DNA from: Nitrosopumilus sp.
GTDB taxonomy: Archaea > Thermoproteota > Nitrososphaeria > Nitrososphaerales > Nitrosopumilaceae
DNA length: 64,000 nucleotides
NCBI GenBank assembly: GCA_965207075.1
Contig: CBDBLO010000002.1
Coordinates: 192,001 to 256,000 of the forward strand
Direction of reading: 5' to 3'
Numbering within the stretch: the first letter of the stretch is position 1; each line of letters opens with the position of its first letter. The position numbers and the translations under genes were made by a program. Positions 1-9,100 of this stretch are shown here, one piece after another. The notes beneath the pieces were generated by a model that was not told the origin of the DNA, did not search any database, and saw only the letters and a list, made by a program, of their open reading frames with translations.

Positions 1-293
1 ATGGTGTCCACCAGGGGCTCCCTAGTCTCGGCTGCGCCCTCTGCGCCGGGCAGGTGGGCGGGTCGGCGCCCCACGATCCCGGCGTTTCCGTACTCGCGTA
101 CGACGGGGCGGCCGTCCGGCCCCGTAGTCATTACAAGGCCATAGTACCGCACGTCTGGGCTCTGGAGCCGGCCGGCACCCTCTCCGTGGTCTGTGCGGCA
201 CGAGCCCCCCTCGCAGGAGCCTCCCCCCATCCCAAAGAATGGATCGGAGAAGAACCTCTTCAGGAGCCTGTCCGCCTCGTTCTCGAAGAACAT
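1..293 (-). CDS. hsp20: Archaeal small heat shock protein Hsp20 (N-terminal part; runs off the window)
   Basis: Not in ORF track. Manual translation from ATG at 293: MFFENEADRLLKRFF...VRYYGLVMTTGPDGRPVVREYGN...REPLVDT, matching the archaeal Hsp20 N-terminal motifs. GGTGA lies just upstream (301-305). Confidence 0.85.
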   Translation of the reverse strand, partial: MFFENEADRLLKRFFSDPFFGMGGGSCEGGSCRTDHGEGAGRLQSPDVRYYGLVMTTGPDGRPVVREYGNAGIVGRRPAHLPGAEGAAETREPLVDT

Positions 294-308
294 GTCATAT
301 TCACCTGT

Positions 309-396
309 TTATGTAATGTATATTACATAATATAAGTATTATTCCAACCAAGGTATAATATTACAAAAGACTATTATAGTTTACAGGCTGTAATAT
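309..396. promoter_or_regulatory. AT-rich divergent promoter with inverted repeats
   Basis: TTATGTAAT-N4-ATTACATAA at 309-330 and TTACAG-G-CTGTAA at 381-393, between hsp20 and the ACT-domain gene. Confidence 0.55.
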
Positions 397-399
397 GGC

Positions 400-1131
400 A
401 TGCGGACAGTCGGAGTCTCTGTTCCGGACGCCATAAGGGAGATCATAACAAGGAACCGCTCCGTATACGACTGCATGAGGATGGACCTGATCAACTATAC
501 GGCGCTGGCGGTGAGGATCCAGCCCGAGGTGGAGCGCATGCTCGGCGGCCCCGTCAACCTGAACACGATCGTGGTGGCCATCAAGAGGTACGCGGACCGG
601 CTCTCGGTCCGGGAGGACGCAGCCGGGGGGGAGGAGTCCATGCTGAAGAACGCAAGGGTGGTGCTGACTGACGGGATGATGGACATCAGGTTTTCAGCAG
701 AGGAGTTTGACAGGCTGGGCGGGGCGCCCGAGATGCTTGCAAAGTTTGCAAAGATGGGCGGCAACTACGAGTTTTTCAGGCTGTCGGACTCGTTTAGGTT
801 CCTTGCCGAGGACATGGAGGACGTAAGGGAGATGTTCAGGGGCATGCTCAGGAAGGAGTCAACGGCCGGGGGCCGGGGAGACTACGAGGAGGAAGAGAGG
901 ATGTTCAGCACGGGTTTGGCCAAGATCAGGATCGTGCCGCCCTCCGCCGCGCGGGCCGGAAGCGGCCCGTCTGACATTGTGTCCCATGTGGCCGAGATAC
1001 TGCATGCGGCGGGAATAGAGATTGTCAACGCGTATTTCGGCCAGGACGGCATCACGGTCGTACTGAGAGAGAAGGATGCAGCGCGCGCGTACGAGGTTCT
1101 GCGCGCCGGCGCGTCCCGGGCGAGAATATAG
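400..1131 (+). CDS. ACT domain-containing protein with N-terminal HTH-like region
   Basis: DLINYTALA...TIVVAIKRYAD N-terminus typical of this archaeal family; C-terminal ACT-like segment. Confidence 0.7.
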   Translation: MRTVGVSVPDAIREIITRNRSVYDCMRMDLINYTALAVRIQPEVERMLGGPVNLNTIVVAIKRYADRLSVREDAAGGEESMLKNARVVLTDGMMDIRFSAEEFDRLGGAPEMLAKFAKMGGNYEFFRLSDSFRFLAEDMEDVREMFRGMLRKESTAGGRGDYEEEERMFSTGLAKIRIVPPSAARAGSGPSDIVSHVAEILHAAGIEIVNAYFGQDGITVVLREKDAARAYEVLRAGASRARI

Positions 1132-1149
1132 ATTCACACAGCATATATT

Positions 1150-2616
1150 GTGACCGCGGACGCGGGGCGCTGCTTGGTGTCTGACAGCGGCGGCGGCATC
1201 GGAGACAGCGGACGCGGGGCCGCCAAACCCAGAAAAAGAATAGTGATTGCCGGCGGCGGCTTTGCCGGCGTCGCGTGCGCGCGCCAGCTAGAGTCCGAAC
1301 TCGGCGACGATCCCGACATCGATCTGGTCATGATAAACGAGGACAACTTTCTGCTCTTTACGCCCATGCTGCCCCAGGTCGTGTCGGGGATGATCGAGAC
1401 CAGACACATCGTTACGCCCATACGGACCATCTGCAAGAGGGCGCGCTTCTTTGAGGGCAGGGTAAGGGGCATCGACCCGTACGCGAAGACCATAACCGTG
1501 TGGGGAGGGGGTGATGCCGGGCGCCTGACCATGCATTACGACTTTGCGGTGGTGGCGCTCGGAAGCGAGGCCAACTTCTTTGGGATGCCCGACGTCGAGA
1601 GGAACGCCTTTACGATGAAGACGCTCAACGACGCGGCCGAGCTCAGAAACAGGGTGATTGACATGCTTGAGAGGGCCGAGAACGAGGCGGATCCCGCGCT
1701 GCGCAGGCGCCTGCTGAACTTCGTGGTGGTCGGGGCGGGCTTTGCAGGCATCGAGACCGCGGGGGAGCTTATGGACCTGCTTCACGACGCGCACAAGCAC
1801 TATCGCTCCGTAGGGAAGGACGACGTAAGGGTCGTGATACTAGAGGCGCTGCAGGAGATACTTCCCGGGTTCAACAAGGATCTGGCCGCATTTGCAAAGA
1901 GACGGATGGAGGAGAGGGGGATAGAGTTCAGGCTGCAGTCCGCCGTAAGGGCGTTTGACGGGGAGGAGATAACGGTGAAGAGGCTGGCGGGGGACGGAAA
2001 TGGGGGCAACGGCGGCGGAGGGCCTAGGGGGGAGGAGAACGGCAACGGCGGCGATGATGATGATGAGGTGATAATGTCAAAAACCCTGATCTGGACGGCT
2101 GGCGTCACGCCCGTCGACATGATCAAGAGGGCCATGCTAAAGACGGAGAGGGGAAAGGTCATAGTGGACGACTACCTGGAAGTGCCCGAGTTTCCGGGTG
2201 TCTTTGCAGTCGGGGACTGCGCGCTGTTCGTAGAACCGGACACGGGCAGGCCCGTCCCGCCCACCGCGCAGCTGGCAGAGGCCCAGGGCAAGACGGCCGC
2301 CAAGAACCTGGTTGCGTTGATAAGAAACCGCGAAAAGGAGAGATTTGAATTCAAGCCCAGAGGCCAGATGGCCGTCATAGGCAAGAGGTCCGCGATCGCG
2401 TCCGTGTTTGGCGTGAATATGTCCGGGTTCTGGGCCTGGCTCATATGGAGGGGCGTCTACCTCTCAAAGATCTCGTCGGGGGAGAAGAAGAGCAGGGTGC
2501 TACTTGACTGGGTGATCGACCTCTTCTTTAGCAGGGACATATCCAGGCTAAAGCTGGCAAGGCGTGGGGCCGAAAAGGATTACAGGGTGCTGGACGAGGT
2601 GGACGACATGTGGTAA
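1150..2616 (+). CDS. ndh: Type II NADH dehydrogenase / FAD-dependent oxidoreductase
   Basis: Two GxGxxG motifs (IAGGGFAG, VVGAGFAGIETAGEL), LIWTAGV, FAVGDCA, PPTAQLA. Confidence 0.88.
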   Translation: MTADAGRCLVSDSGGGIGDSGRGAAKPRKRIVIAGGGFAGVACARQLESELGDDPDIDLVMINEDNFLLFTPMLPQVVSGMIETRHIVTPIRTICKRARFFEGRVRGIDPYAKTITVWGGGDAGRLTMHYDFAVVALGSEANFFGMPDVERNAFTMKTLNDAAELRNRVIDMLERAENEADPALRRRLLNFVVVGAGFAGIETAGELMDLLHDAHKHYRSVGKDDVRVVILEALQEILPGFNKDLAAFAKRRMEERGIEFRLQSAVRAFDGEEITVKRLAGDGNGGNGGGGPRGEENGNGGDDDDEVIMSKTLIWTAGVTPVDMIKRAMLKTERGKVIVDDYLEVPEFPGVFAVGDCALFVEPDTGRPVPPTAQLAEAQGKTAAKNLVALIRNREKERFEFKPRGQMAVIGKRSAIASVFGVNMSGFWAWLIWRGVYLSKISSGEKKSRVLLDWVIDLFFSRDISRLKLARRGAEKDYRVLDEVDDMW

Positions 2617-2647
2617 CGGGCCGCGCGCGTTACAAGGGGCGGCCGCA

Positions 2648-4330
2648 CTACGGCGCCATGCGGCGTAGCCTCCTCACGGTTACAATGACCGCCGCGGAGG
2701 GCGCCGCGACGTACAGTCCGGCGTTGAGCAGGATGACAGCAGAGCCGTACGCGATTACGTCCAAGTCCGAGCCCGCCTCCGCCGCGCCCAGTATGGAGAG
2801 CGAGGATATCATGGGCGTGATGAACGCCCTTACCGCATCCCTGAACGCGGGATGTTCGCGCTCGAGGTCCGCCACGGCGGGCGAGAATGAATAGTATACG
2901 GCATTGAATCCCGACATGAACGCCGCACCGGAGCTGGTGGACATGACGGTGCCGTCCCTCAGTTCGCGCATGGACTGTATCTGGGGCTCAAGTTCGGAGC
3001 CAAACGCCGCAGTCGCGACAAGGCACCCCCCGCCCTCAGGGTCGGCCGGGGCGGCGTCAGACTGTTCCTGCGGCGGCGGTGATGGGTCGGCCGGGGTCGG
3101 GTCGGCCGGGGTCGGGTCGGCAGTCGGCGGCGCTTCCTCCTTTACCGCAAACGTCTCCAGCATCCTCTGATAATGCGGCATCATGTCATCAAACCTTTCG
3201 GGGATGTTGGCGTATGACAGGGTATAGTACTGCCCGTCCCCGTACACGATGGTCTCAATGAGCGAGACCTTGGCGGTCACGTTGTTCAGTGTTATGGTCT
3301 CGGTCACCCGCATGGCGTGGGCCGGCAGGCCCGCCACTACGGTCGGCTCCTGCTCAAACGTCGCAAAGTCCTCGGCGCTCAGCACCTCACGGATCTCCGC
3401 CGTTCGGTCACTGACTAGCTGCTCCAGCGTGGACTGGCCCGCGTCGTTCACAAACACGTAGATCTGTGGGGTTCCCCCGGCGGCCCGCGGCCCCACCGCA
3501 ACGACGTCGGGCACTTCGGGATCCGAACGCCCCGGTTCCTGCAAGAGCCAGCCGGCGGGAGCTACAAACGTGATGCCAAGGCGGGAGCTGTCATAGATCT
3601 GCTCGCCGGAGTCGGTGGGGGCAAGTGGGTCCTGCGCCGGCTGCTGCGGAACAGGCGGCGGAACCGGCTCGTCGGGCAGCGACGCAATGGTGGAGCGGTC
3701 CACCGTGCGTATGCTCTGGATTCTCACGGACTCGGGGTCGACGGGCCTGTCCTGGGCTCCCGTCTCCGTTGCCGCGATGGCGTCGAGTGTCTCGAAGCTC
3801 TGCTCCGTTACGATCCTCCCAAACACGGTGTACTGCCCGTCAAGAAAGTTAGAGTTCTGATGGACTATGAAGAACTGCGACCCGGCGCTGTTGGGATCCT
3901 GGCTCCTTGCCATCGAGACTATGCCGCGGTCGTGCGGTATGTTGTTGAACTCGGCGTCCACGGAGTGCGGGGGGCCTCCGATCCCCCACGTGCGGGGGTC
4001 GCCATCGACCGTGTTGGGATCCCCGCCCTGTATCATAAACCCGGGTATGATCCTGTGAAACAGCGTGCCGTCATAAAAGCCGGACTCTGCCAGGGTGACA
4101 AAGTTGGACACGTGGTTGGGGGCTGCTGCCGGAAAGAATTCAATTATGATCGTGCCCATCTGCGTCTCCAGTACCGCCACCCTGCCGTCGGCCTCCGCAA
4201 CCTGGGCGTAGGCCTCCGCAGTGGCCTCTGCAAAAGGCAGTGCCGACGGCGCATGCAGCAGCGCCAAGCAGCAGACGGCAGCCAAGGCGGCGCACGCGAC
4301 AGGCGCCCGTAAAATTCCAGTATTTTTCAT
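2648..4330 (-). CDS. Secreted cyclophilin-type peptidyl-prolyl isomerase with PsbP-like middle domain and CFI-box-CTERM C-terminus
   Basis: Signal peptide; FHRIIPGFMIQGGDP, SMARSQDPNSAGSQFFI, YTVFG; GGGCLVATAAFGSEL...NAVYYSFSP followed by a TM helix. Start approximate. Confidence 0.88.
   Translation of the reverse strand: MKNTGILRAPVACAALAAVCCLALLHAPSALPFAEATAEAYAQVAEADGRVAVLETQMGTIIIEFFPAAAPNHVSNFVTLAESGFYDGTLFHRIIPGFMIQGGDPNTVDGDPRTWGIGGPPHSVDAEFNNIPHDRGIVSMARSQDPNSAGSQFFIVHQNSNFLDGQYTVFGRIVTEQSFETLDAIAATETGAQDRPVDPESVRIQSIRTVDRSTIASLPDEPVPPPVPQQPAQDPLAPTDSGEQIYDSSRLGITFVAPAGWLLQEPGRSDPEVPDVVAVGPRAAGGTPQIYVFVNDAGQSTLEQLVSDRTAEIREVLSAEDFATFEQEPTVVAGLPAHAMRVTETITLNNVTAKVSLIETIVYGDGQYYTLSYANIPERFDDMMPHYQRMLETFAVKEEAPPTADPTPADPTPADPSPPPQEQSDAAPADPEGGGCLVATAAFGSELEPQIQSMRELRDGTVMSTSSGAAFMSGFNAVYYSFSPAVADLEREHPAFRDAVRAFITPMISSLSILGAAEAGSDLDVIAYGSAVILLNAGLYVAAPSAAVIVTVRRLRRMAP
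3083..3120. repeat. 15-bp tandem repeat encoding the ADPTP linker
   Basis: GGGTCGGCCGGGGTC about 2.5 copies. Confidence 0.8.
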
Positions 4331-4446
4331 GTACAACAACGGATCGACACCCGCCTCCATAAAAGCCGTTGTCTGGCGGCGGCTACGGCAAAAACCACGG
4401 CAGGCGCCGCACTCTATTTATAAAAAGCCAGAGTTCCTGCCAAAGC

Positions 4447-4941
4447 ATGGGTCCCGACGAGAAGATTCACGCGCACCTAGTCTCGATATGGAGGGAGTCA
4501 CAGGGGCTCTTCGCGCTGGGGGGCAAGGAGGGGATGCTCTTTCTTACCGACAGACACATTGCGTTTGTACACAAGACGGGGGCCAGCATGAACTGGTGGA
4601 AGGCGATAACGCAGAGGCAGGTTGTAAAGTTCATCAGGTCGAAAAACACCATGATCCGACACGACGGCTACGGCGAGGACGACCTGGCCGACGACCTGGC
4701 CGACGACAGGAACGTGGAGGTTCCGTACGAGGATGTCGTGGGGATCAGCAGCGGGGAGAAGGCGTGGGGCAGCGTCCTGCACCTAGAACACCGCGCCGGC
4801 GACAAAAGGGAGAAGCACCAGTACTCTGTCGCGCAGGACTGGGTCAAGTACCCCGCAAAGGAGCCCACCAAGTACATGAAGGTAGACTGGGAGCCGTTTG
4901 TGGAGTTTGTAAACAAGAGGCGGCGGCAGCTGACGACGTAG
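4447..4941 (+). CDS. Conserved hypothetical protein (PH/GRAM-like)
   Basis: GMLFLTDRHIAF strand pattern; TTTATAAA upstream supports ATG at 4447. Confidence 0.65.
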   Translation: MGPDEKIHAHLVSIWRESQGLFALGGKEGMLFLTDRHIAFVHKTGASMNWWKAITQRQVVKFIRSKNTMIRHDGYGEDDLADDLADDRNVEVPYEDVVGISSGEKAWGSVLHLEHRAGDKREKHQYSVAQDWVKYPAKEPTKYMKVDWEPFVEFVNKRRRQLTT

Positions 4942-4947
4942 GGGGGT

Positions 4948-5757
4948 GTGGTCGCCGTGGCAGAGGGACGCGTTTATGCGGTGGGCGTGGGGCCGGGATC
5001 GCCAAGGTATCTGACCGCCATAGCGGAGGAGATCATCAAGGGGTGCGACATCGTGGTGGGGTACGAATACACGCTCAGGACCATACGGCACCTTCTGGGG
5101 CCCGGCAAAACGGTCCACACGGTCACGATGTCAAGCCAAGAGGGGGTGCTGCAGTCAGTCGCCGCCGAACTCAGGGCGGGCGCGGAGGAAAAGACGGTGG
5201 TGGTCCCGTTTACCGGCGACGCAAGCTTTTCAGAATCGGAGGTGGTCGACAGGCTCGCCGAGATATTTGGCGGCGTGCAGATAATACCCGGAATCAGCTC
5301 GGTGCAGGTGGCGGCCGCCATGGCGGGGGTGCCGCTTGACAAGTCAAGGGTCATTACCATGCACGTGACGTCTCCCATAGAGGGCAAAAAGGAGGAGATG
5401 CGCCAGGCGCTGGCGTCGGGGCTGAGCGTGGTTCTCATCCCGCGGCCCTGGCCCAAGAGGCCGGACAAGCACTTCATGCCGTCGGAGGTGGCGGCGCACC
5501 TCAGAGAGCACGGCTTTGACACAGGCGCCATGCGTGTAAGCGTCTTTGAATCCCTTACCACCGAGCAGCAGACTAGGTTTGACGGAACCGTAAGTGAGCT
5601 TGAGGGCAAGGAGTTCTCCGACCTGTGCGTGGTGGTGTTCAACCAGTCAGAACCAGACTCTTACATGAACTACAGGTGGCAGTGGGACGACGGCTGCGGC
5701 GGGCATGGCAACGATGAGGGCGGGCGGGGCGTCCCCGGGGGACAGGGGGACGCGTGA
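4948..5757 (+). CDS. cbiE: Precorrin-6Y/cobalt-precorrin-7 C5-methyltransferase
   Basis: VGVGPGSPRYLT, TGDASFS, IIPGISSVQVAAA, FESLT motifs. Confidence 0.82.
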   Translation: MVAVAEGRVYAVGVGPGSPRYLTAIAEEIIKGCDIVVGYEYTLRTIRHLLGPGKTVHTVTMSSQEGVLQSVAAELRAGAEEKTVVVPFTGDASFSESEVVDRLAEIFGGVQIIPGISSVQVAAAMAGVPLDKSRVITMHVTSPIEGKKEEMRQALASGLSVVLIPRPWPKRPDKHFMPSEVAAHLREHGFDTGAMRVSVFESLTTEQQTRFDGTVSELEGKEFSDLCVVVFNQSEPDSYMNYRWQWDDGCGGHGNDEGGRGVPGGQGDA

Positions 5758-5796
5758 CGGAGCCTGCTGCAGTAGTGCGGCCGGCTACGGCGGCGG

Positions 5797-6327
5797 CTAG
5801 CGGAACCCCACATCCAGAGACTCCTCTATCATAAAGAACTCTACGTAGCCGCCTGCCAGCAGAAGCGCCACCACAATGCCCGCCTCCAAGAGCAGCGGGC
5901 GGAGGTGCCCCGACAGGGCAGCCCTCCTTACAATCGTAATCGTCATCAGTACGCTCCTCGACATTGCCAGCGAGTACGCGCAGATCTCCATCAGCCCGAA
6001 CGGGGTGAGGAACAGCACGGCCAGGGGCGACACCCCCTCAAGCTCCGGCATGCTGGTCTCCAAGGCCGCAAACACCAGCCCGGTGGACCAAGCGGACAGG
6101 AACCCCCACGCCAACCCGGCGCCCGGAACAAACATGAGCAGCGCGATCATGGTGTTGTGCAGAAATATCCCAAACGCGTCTATGTCCTCCACCAATGCCT
6201 CGAACTCGGACAGCAGCGCCTCGGCCTCGGCGTCGGAAACGTCAGACGTGGTACCCAGCACGAACACGGCGGTAAAGGCGGCAAGCAGGGCAAGGAACGC
6301 CGCAGTCCTGGCCGGGATCCTCTCCAT
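5797..6327 (-). CDS. SpoIIM-family membrane protein
   Basis: IFLHNT, PFGLMEI and AGYVE motifs within several TM helices. Confidence 0.75.
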   Translation of the reverse strand: MERIPARTAAFLALLAAFTAVFVLGTTSDVSDAEAEALLSEFEALVEDIDAFGIFLHNTMIALLMFVPGAGLAWGFLSAWSTGLVFAALETSMPELEGVSPLAVLFLTPFGLMEICAYSLAMSRSVLMTITIVRRAALSGHLRPLLLEAGIVVALLLAGGYVEFFMIEESLDVGFR

Positions 6328-6444
6328 GGTTCGGCCCGGAGAGCTTTCTATTTGTTGTTTGGCAAAACGGCCGGAGGCGACGGCACAACGGCACGCCGCT
6401 CCGGCGGGGACAGATTAATTATCGGCACCAGCAGTTATTCTGCA

Positions 6445-7872
6445 ATGGGGTGGGATCGCAAGGACGCGCTGGGGTATGCGCTGAGCAGGGGCGTCCAGGT
6501 AAGCCCCCGCGCCTTTGAGATCCTAAGGAGCGTCCCGTCGGACTCGCTTGAGGGTGTGGTCAAGGCAATGGTGCACGCGGCCAAAAGGGAGTCCCGGACC
6601 CAGATGACGGCAGACGATCTTGAGGAGCACTTGGGCCTCAGGGTGGACACCGAGGTGGACGCGGACCTCAGGGTGCTGTCGGATCCCACGGGGCACACCA
6701 CCACGGCCGAGGGGGTCGACGGGTACGGCGCCCTCTTCGCCAGCAGGTATGAAAAGTTAAAGTCCATAATCGCTGCCAGGCCCGAGTCCAAAAAGGTCAA
6801 GTCCGTGGAGTCCGTCAGGAGATCGGGCGGCGTAAAGGACGACGAGGATGCCTACGTGGCGGGACTAATCAACGATAGGGAGGTCAGGGACAGCAGGGCC
6901 GAGATCCTCTTGGAGGATCCCTCGGGAGTGCTGTCCATACCCGTGTACAACGAGGAGCTGCAGAAGGAGGCCGGCTCCCTGATGCGGGACCAGATGGCAA
7001 TGGTGAGGCTGGGAAGGGGCAAGAGGGGCGTCTTTGCCAAGGAGATCATCCTGCCCGACACCCCGGCCCACGTGCCCAACAGGTCGGAGACGGGCGCCTG
7101 GGCGGCCCTGATCTCCGACCTTCACGTCGGCTCGAAATACTTCATGGAGGAGGAGTTCAGGGGGTTTGTGGGCTGGCTCTCGGAGGCGGACGCGGTCGCA
7201 AGGAACGTGCGGTTCGTCCTGATATGCGGCGACGTGGTCGACGGGGTGGGGATCTACAAGGACCAGGACAAGGAGTTGGAGATGGACACTGTCGAGGAGC
7301 AGCTGGGGCGCCTCGAGGAGATGCTTGCCGAGATACCGGAGCGCGTCAAGATCATAATATCCCCCGGAAACCACGACCCCGGAAGAAGGGCCCTGCCCCA
7401 GCCGGCAATACCAGAAAAGTACTGCCCGGGGCTGTGGCGCCGCGAGAACATAACCATGGTCGGAAACCCCGCCGTGGTTTCGCTCAACGGCGTCAGGGTC
7501 CTGATGTTCCACGGGCAGTCGATCGACGACATAGTCAGGGTCACGCCGGGCCTCAGTTACGACGAGCCCATTGCGGTAATGGAGCTCCTGCTAAGGGCGC
7601 GGCACCTGAGCCCCATATACGGGGAGAGGACGCCCATTGCCCCCGAGCTTGAGGACTGGATGGTCATAGGGGACGACATCGACATATTCCACGCGGGGCA
7701 CGTGCACAGGTGGGCAGTCAGCAAGTACAGAGGCACCCTGCTCGTCAACTCGGGAGCCTGGCAGCGCCAGACGCCGTTCCAGGCCAGCGTCGGCATAGTA
7801 CCCAACCCGGGGATTGCCGCACTGGTCAACCTCAAAACGTACGAGCTCAAGAGCCAGAACTACAACGGATAG
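6445..7872 (+). CDS. polB: DNA polymerase D small subunit DP1 (proofreading exonuclease)
   Basis: SDLHVGS, GDVVDGVGIY, PGNHD, FHGQS, GHVH phosphoesterase motifs. True start probably ATG 6445, not 5905. Confidence 0.95.
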   Translation: MGWDRKDALGYALSRGVQVSPRAFEILRSVPSDSLEGVVKAMVHAAKRESRTQMTADDLEEHLGLRVDTEVDADLRVLSDPTGHTTTAEGVDGYGALFASRYEKLKSIIAARPESKKVKSVESVRRSGGVKDDEDAYVAGLINDREVRDSRAEILLEDPSGVLSIPVYNEELQKEAGSLMRDQMAMVRLGRGKRGVFAKEIILPDTPAHVPNRSETGAWAALISDLHVGSKYFMEEEFRGFVGWLSEADAVARNVRFVLICGDVVDGVGIYKDQDKELEMDTVEEQLGRLEEMLAEIPERVKIIISPGNHDPGRRALPQPAIPEKYCPGLWRRENITMVGNPAVVSLNGVRVLMFHGQSIDDIVRVTPGLSYDEPIAVMELLLRARHLSPIYGERTPIAPELEDWMVIGDDIDIFHAGHVHRWAVSKYRGTLLVNSGAWQRQTPFQASVGIVPNPGIAALVNLKTYELKSQNYNG

Positions 7873-7876
7873 CGGA

Positions 7877-9100
7877 TCAGAGCAGCCCCTGCAGGGCCAG
7901 ATCCTCGGCAAACGCCTTTTTCACCGTCTGGGGCGAGACCGTCAGCCTGTGCTTCTTGGTCCTGCCGTGCACGCCCCGGCTTGCCACCCTGCCGGATACG
8001 ATGCCCGACAGCTCTATCTCGCTCAGCATCTGCGTCACGCGGCGCTGCGTGAGCGGGCCTGCCGCCACGTCCCTGCACAGGGACTTGTAGTGCGAGTAGA
8101 CCTCGCCGGTGGAGCTGGCCTCGCTCCTCATTATCGCGAGTATCAGTAGTTTCTCGTGGAGTGGGTACGACTGCAGCACGGTCATCTCCTTGTCCTCCTC
8201 CATCTTCTTTGAGGCCTCCCTTACGTGCTCGACCGTTACGGTCTGGCTGTCGGTGCCGCTGCCGCCTGCCGCCCTCTCGGCAATCTCGCCTGCAATTCGC
8301 AGCAGGTCTATCGCCCGCCTTGCGTCGCCGTGCTCCGAGCCCGACAGGGCCGCGCACAGGTTCAGCGCCGGTTCCTCCACCGCGCCGGGGGCAAAGGCCG
8401 CCGCGACCCTCTCCTCCAGTATCTTCCTGATCTGCTCCGTGGTGTAGGTGGTAAAGACGGCCTCCTCGTCGGCCAGCCTGCTTATTACGCGCGGATCAAG
8501 GTTCTCCTTGAACGAGAGGTTGTTTGATATGCCCACTATGGTAAGGGTGCCACGGTCCAGCCTCATGTTGGCGCTGGTCAGCTGGTACAGGATGTCCTTG
8601 CCCGTCCTGCCCACAAGCTGCGCCAGGTGGTCGATCTCGTCTATCACGAACACGACGTTCAGCCCGCGCCCGTCGACCTCTTCAAGTATCCGCTTGAACA
8701 CCTCCCCTATGGCCAGTCCCGTAACGGGAAGCCTCTTCTGGTCCATCCCGAGCTGCTTGCCCAAGCTCACAAGCAGCCCGCCCAGCGTCGTCTCATCCTT
8801 TGCGTTGGTGTAGACGAGACGTATTGGGAACTTGGAGTCTGCCGCGCGTGCCTGGATTTGGGATATCACCTTGCGAACCACGAGCGTCTTGCCCGTCCCC
8901 GGCTTGCCGTACACAAGTAGGTTGGAGGGCCTCGAGCCCTTTAGTATCGGGATCAGCACCTGGGCCACGGCCTTCTGCTCCTCGTCCCTGTGCAGTACCA
9001 GATCCGGCATGTGCGCGGAATGTAGCACGGCCCTGTCCACGATTATGGACCTGCCGCCTGCAACTGCATCAAGGAGGCTGTCAACCGGATCACTTGCCAT
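7877..9100 (-). CDS. cdc6: Orc1/Cdc6 replication initiator
   Basis: Walker A GKPGTGKT, Walker B IDEID, GDARRAIDLLR, C-terminal winged helix. Start ATG 9100; the longer ORF extension runs through the origin. Confidence 0.95.
   Translation of the reverse strand: MASDPVDSLLDAVAGGRSIIVDRAVLHSAHMPDLVLHRDEEQKAVAQVLIPILKGSRPSNLLVYGKPGTGKTLVVRKVISQIQARAADSKFPIRLVYTNAKDETTLGGLLVSLGKQLGMDQKRLPVTGLAIGEVFKRILEEVDGRGLNVVFVIDEIDHLAQLVGRTGKDILYQLTSANMRLDRGTLTIVGISNNLSFKENLDPRVISRLADEEAVFTTYTTEQIRKILEERVAAAFAPGAVEEPALNLCAALSGSEHGDARRAIDLLRIAGEIAERAAGGSGTDSQTVTVEHVREASKKMEEDKEMTVLQSYPLHEKLLILAIMRSEASSTGEVYSHYKSLCRDVAAGPLTQRRVTQMLSEIELSGIVSGRVASRGVHGRTKKHRLTVSPQTVKKAFAEDLALQGLL

Noticed and set aside
54-335. 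93-aa plus-strand ORF
   Set aside because: Antisense to hsp20.
5905-6444. N-terminal extension of DP1
   Set aside because: It is the antisense shadow of the SpoIIM-family gene.
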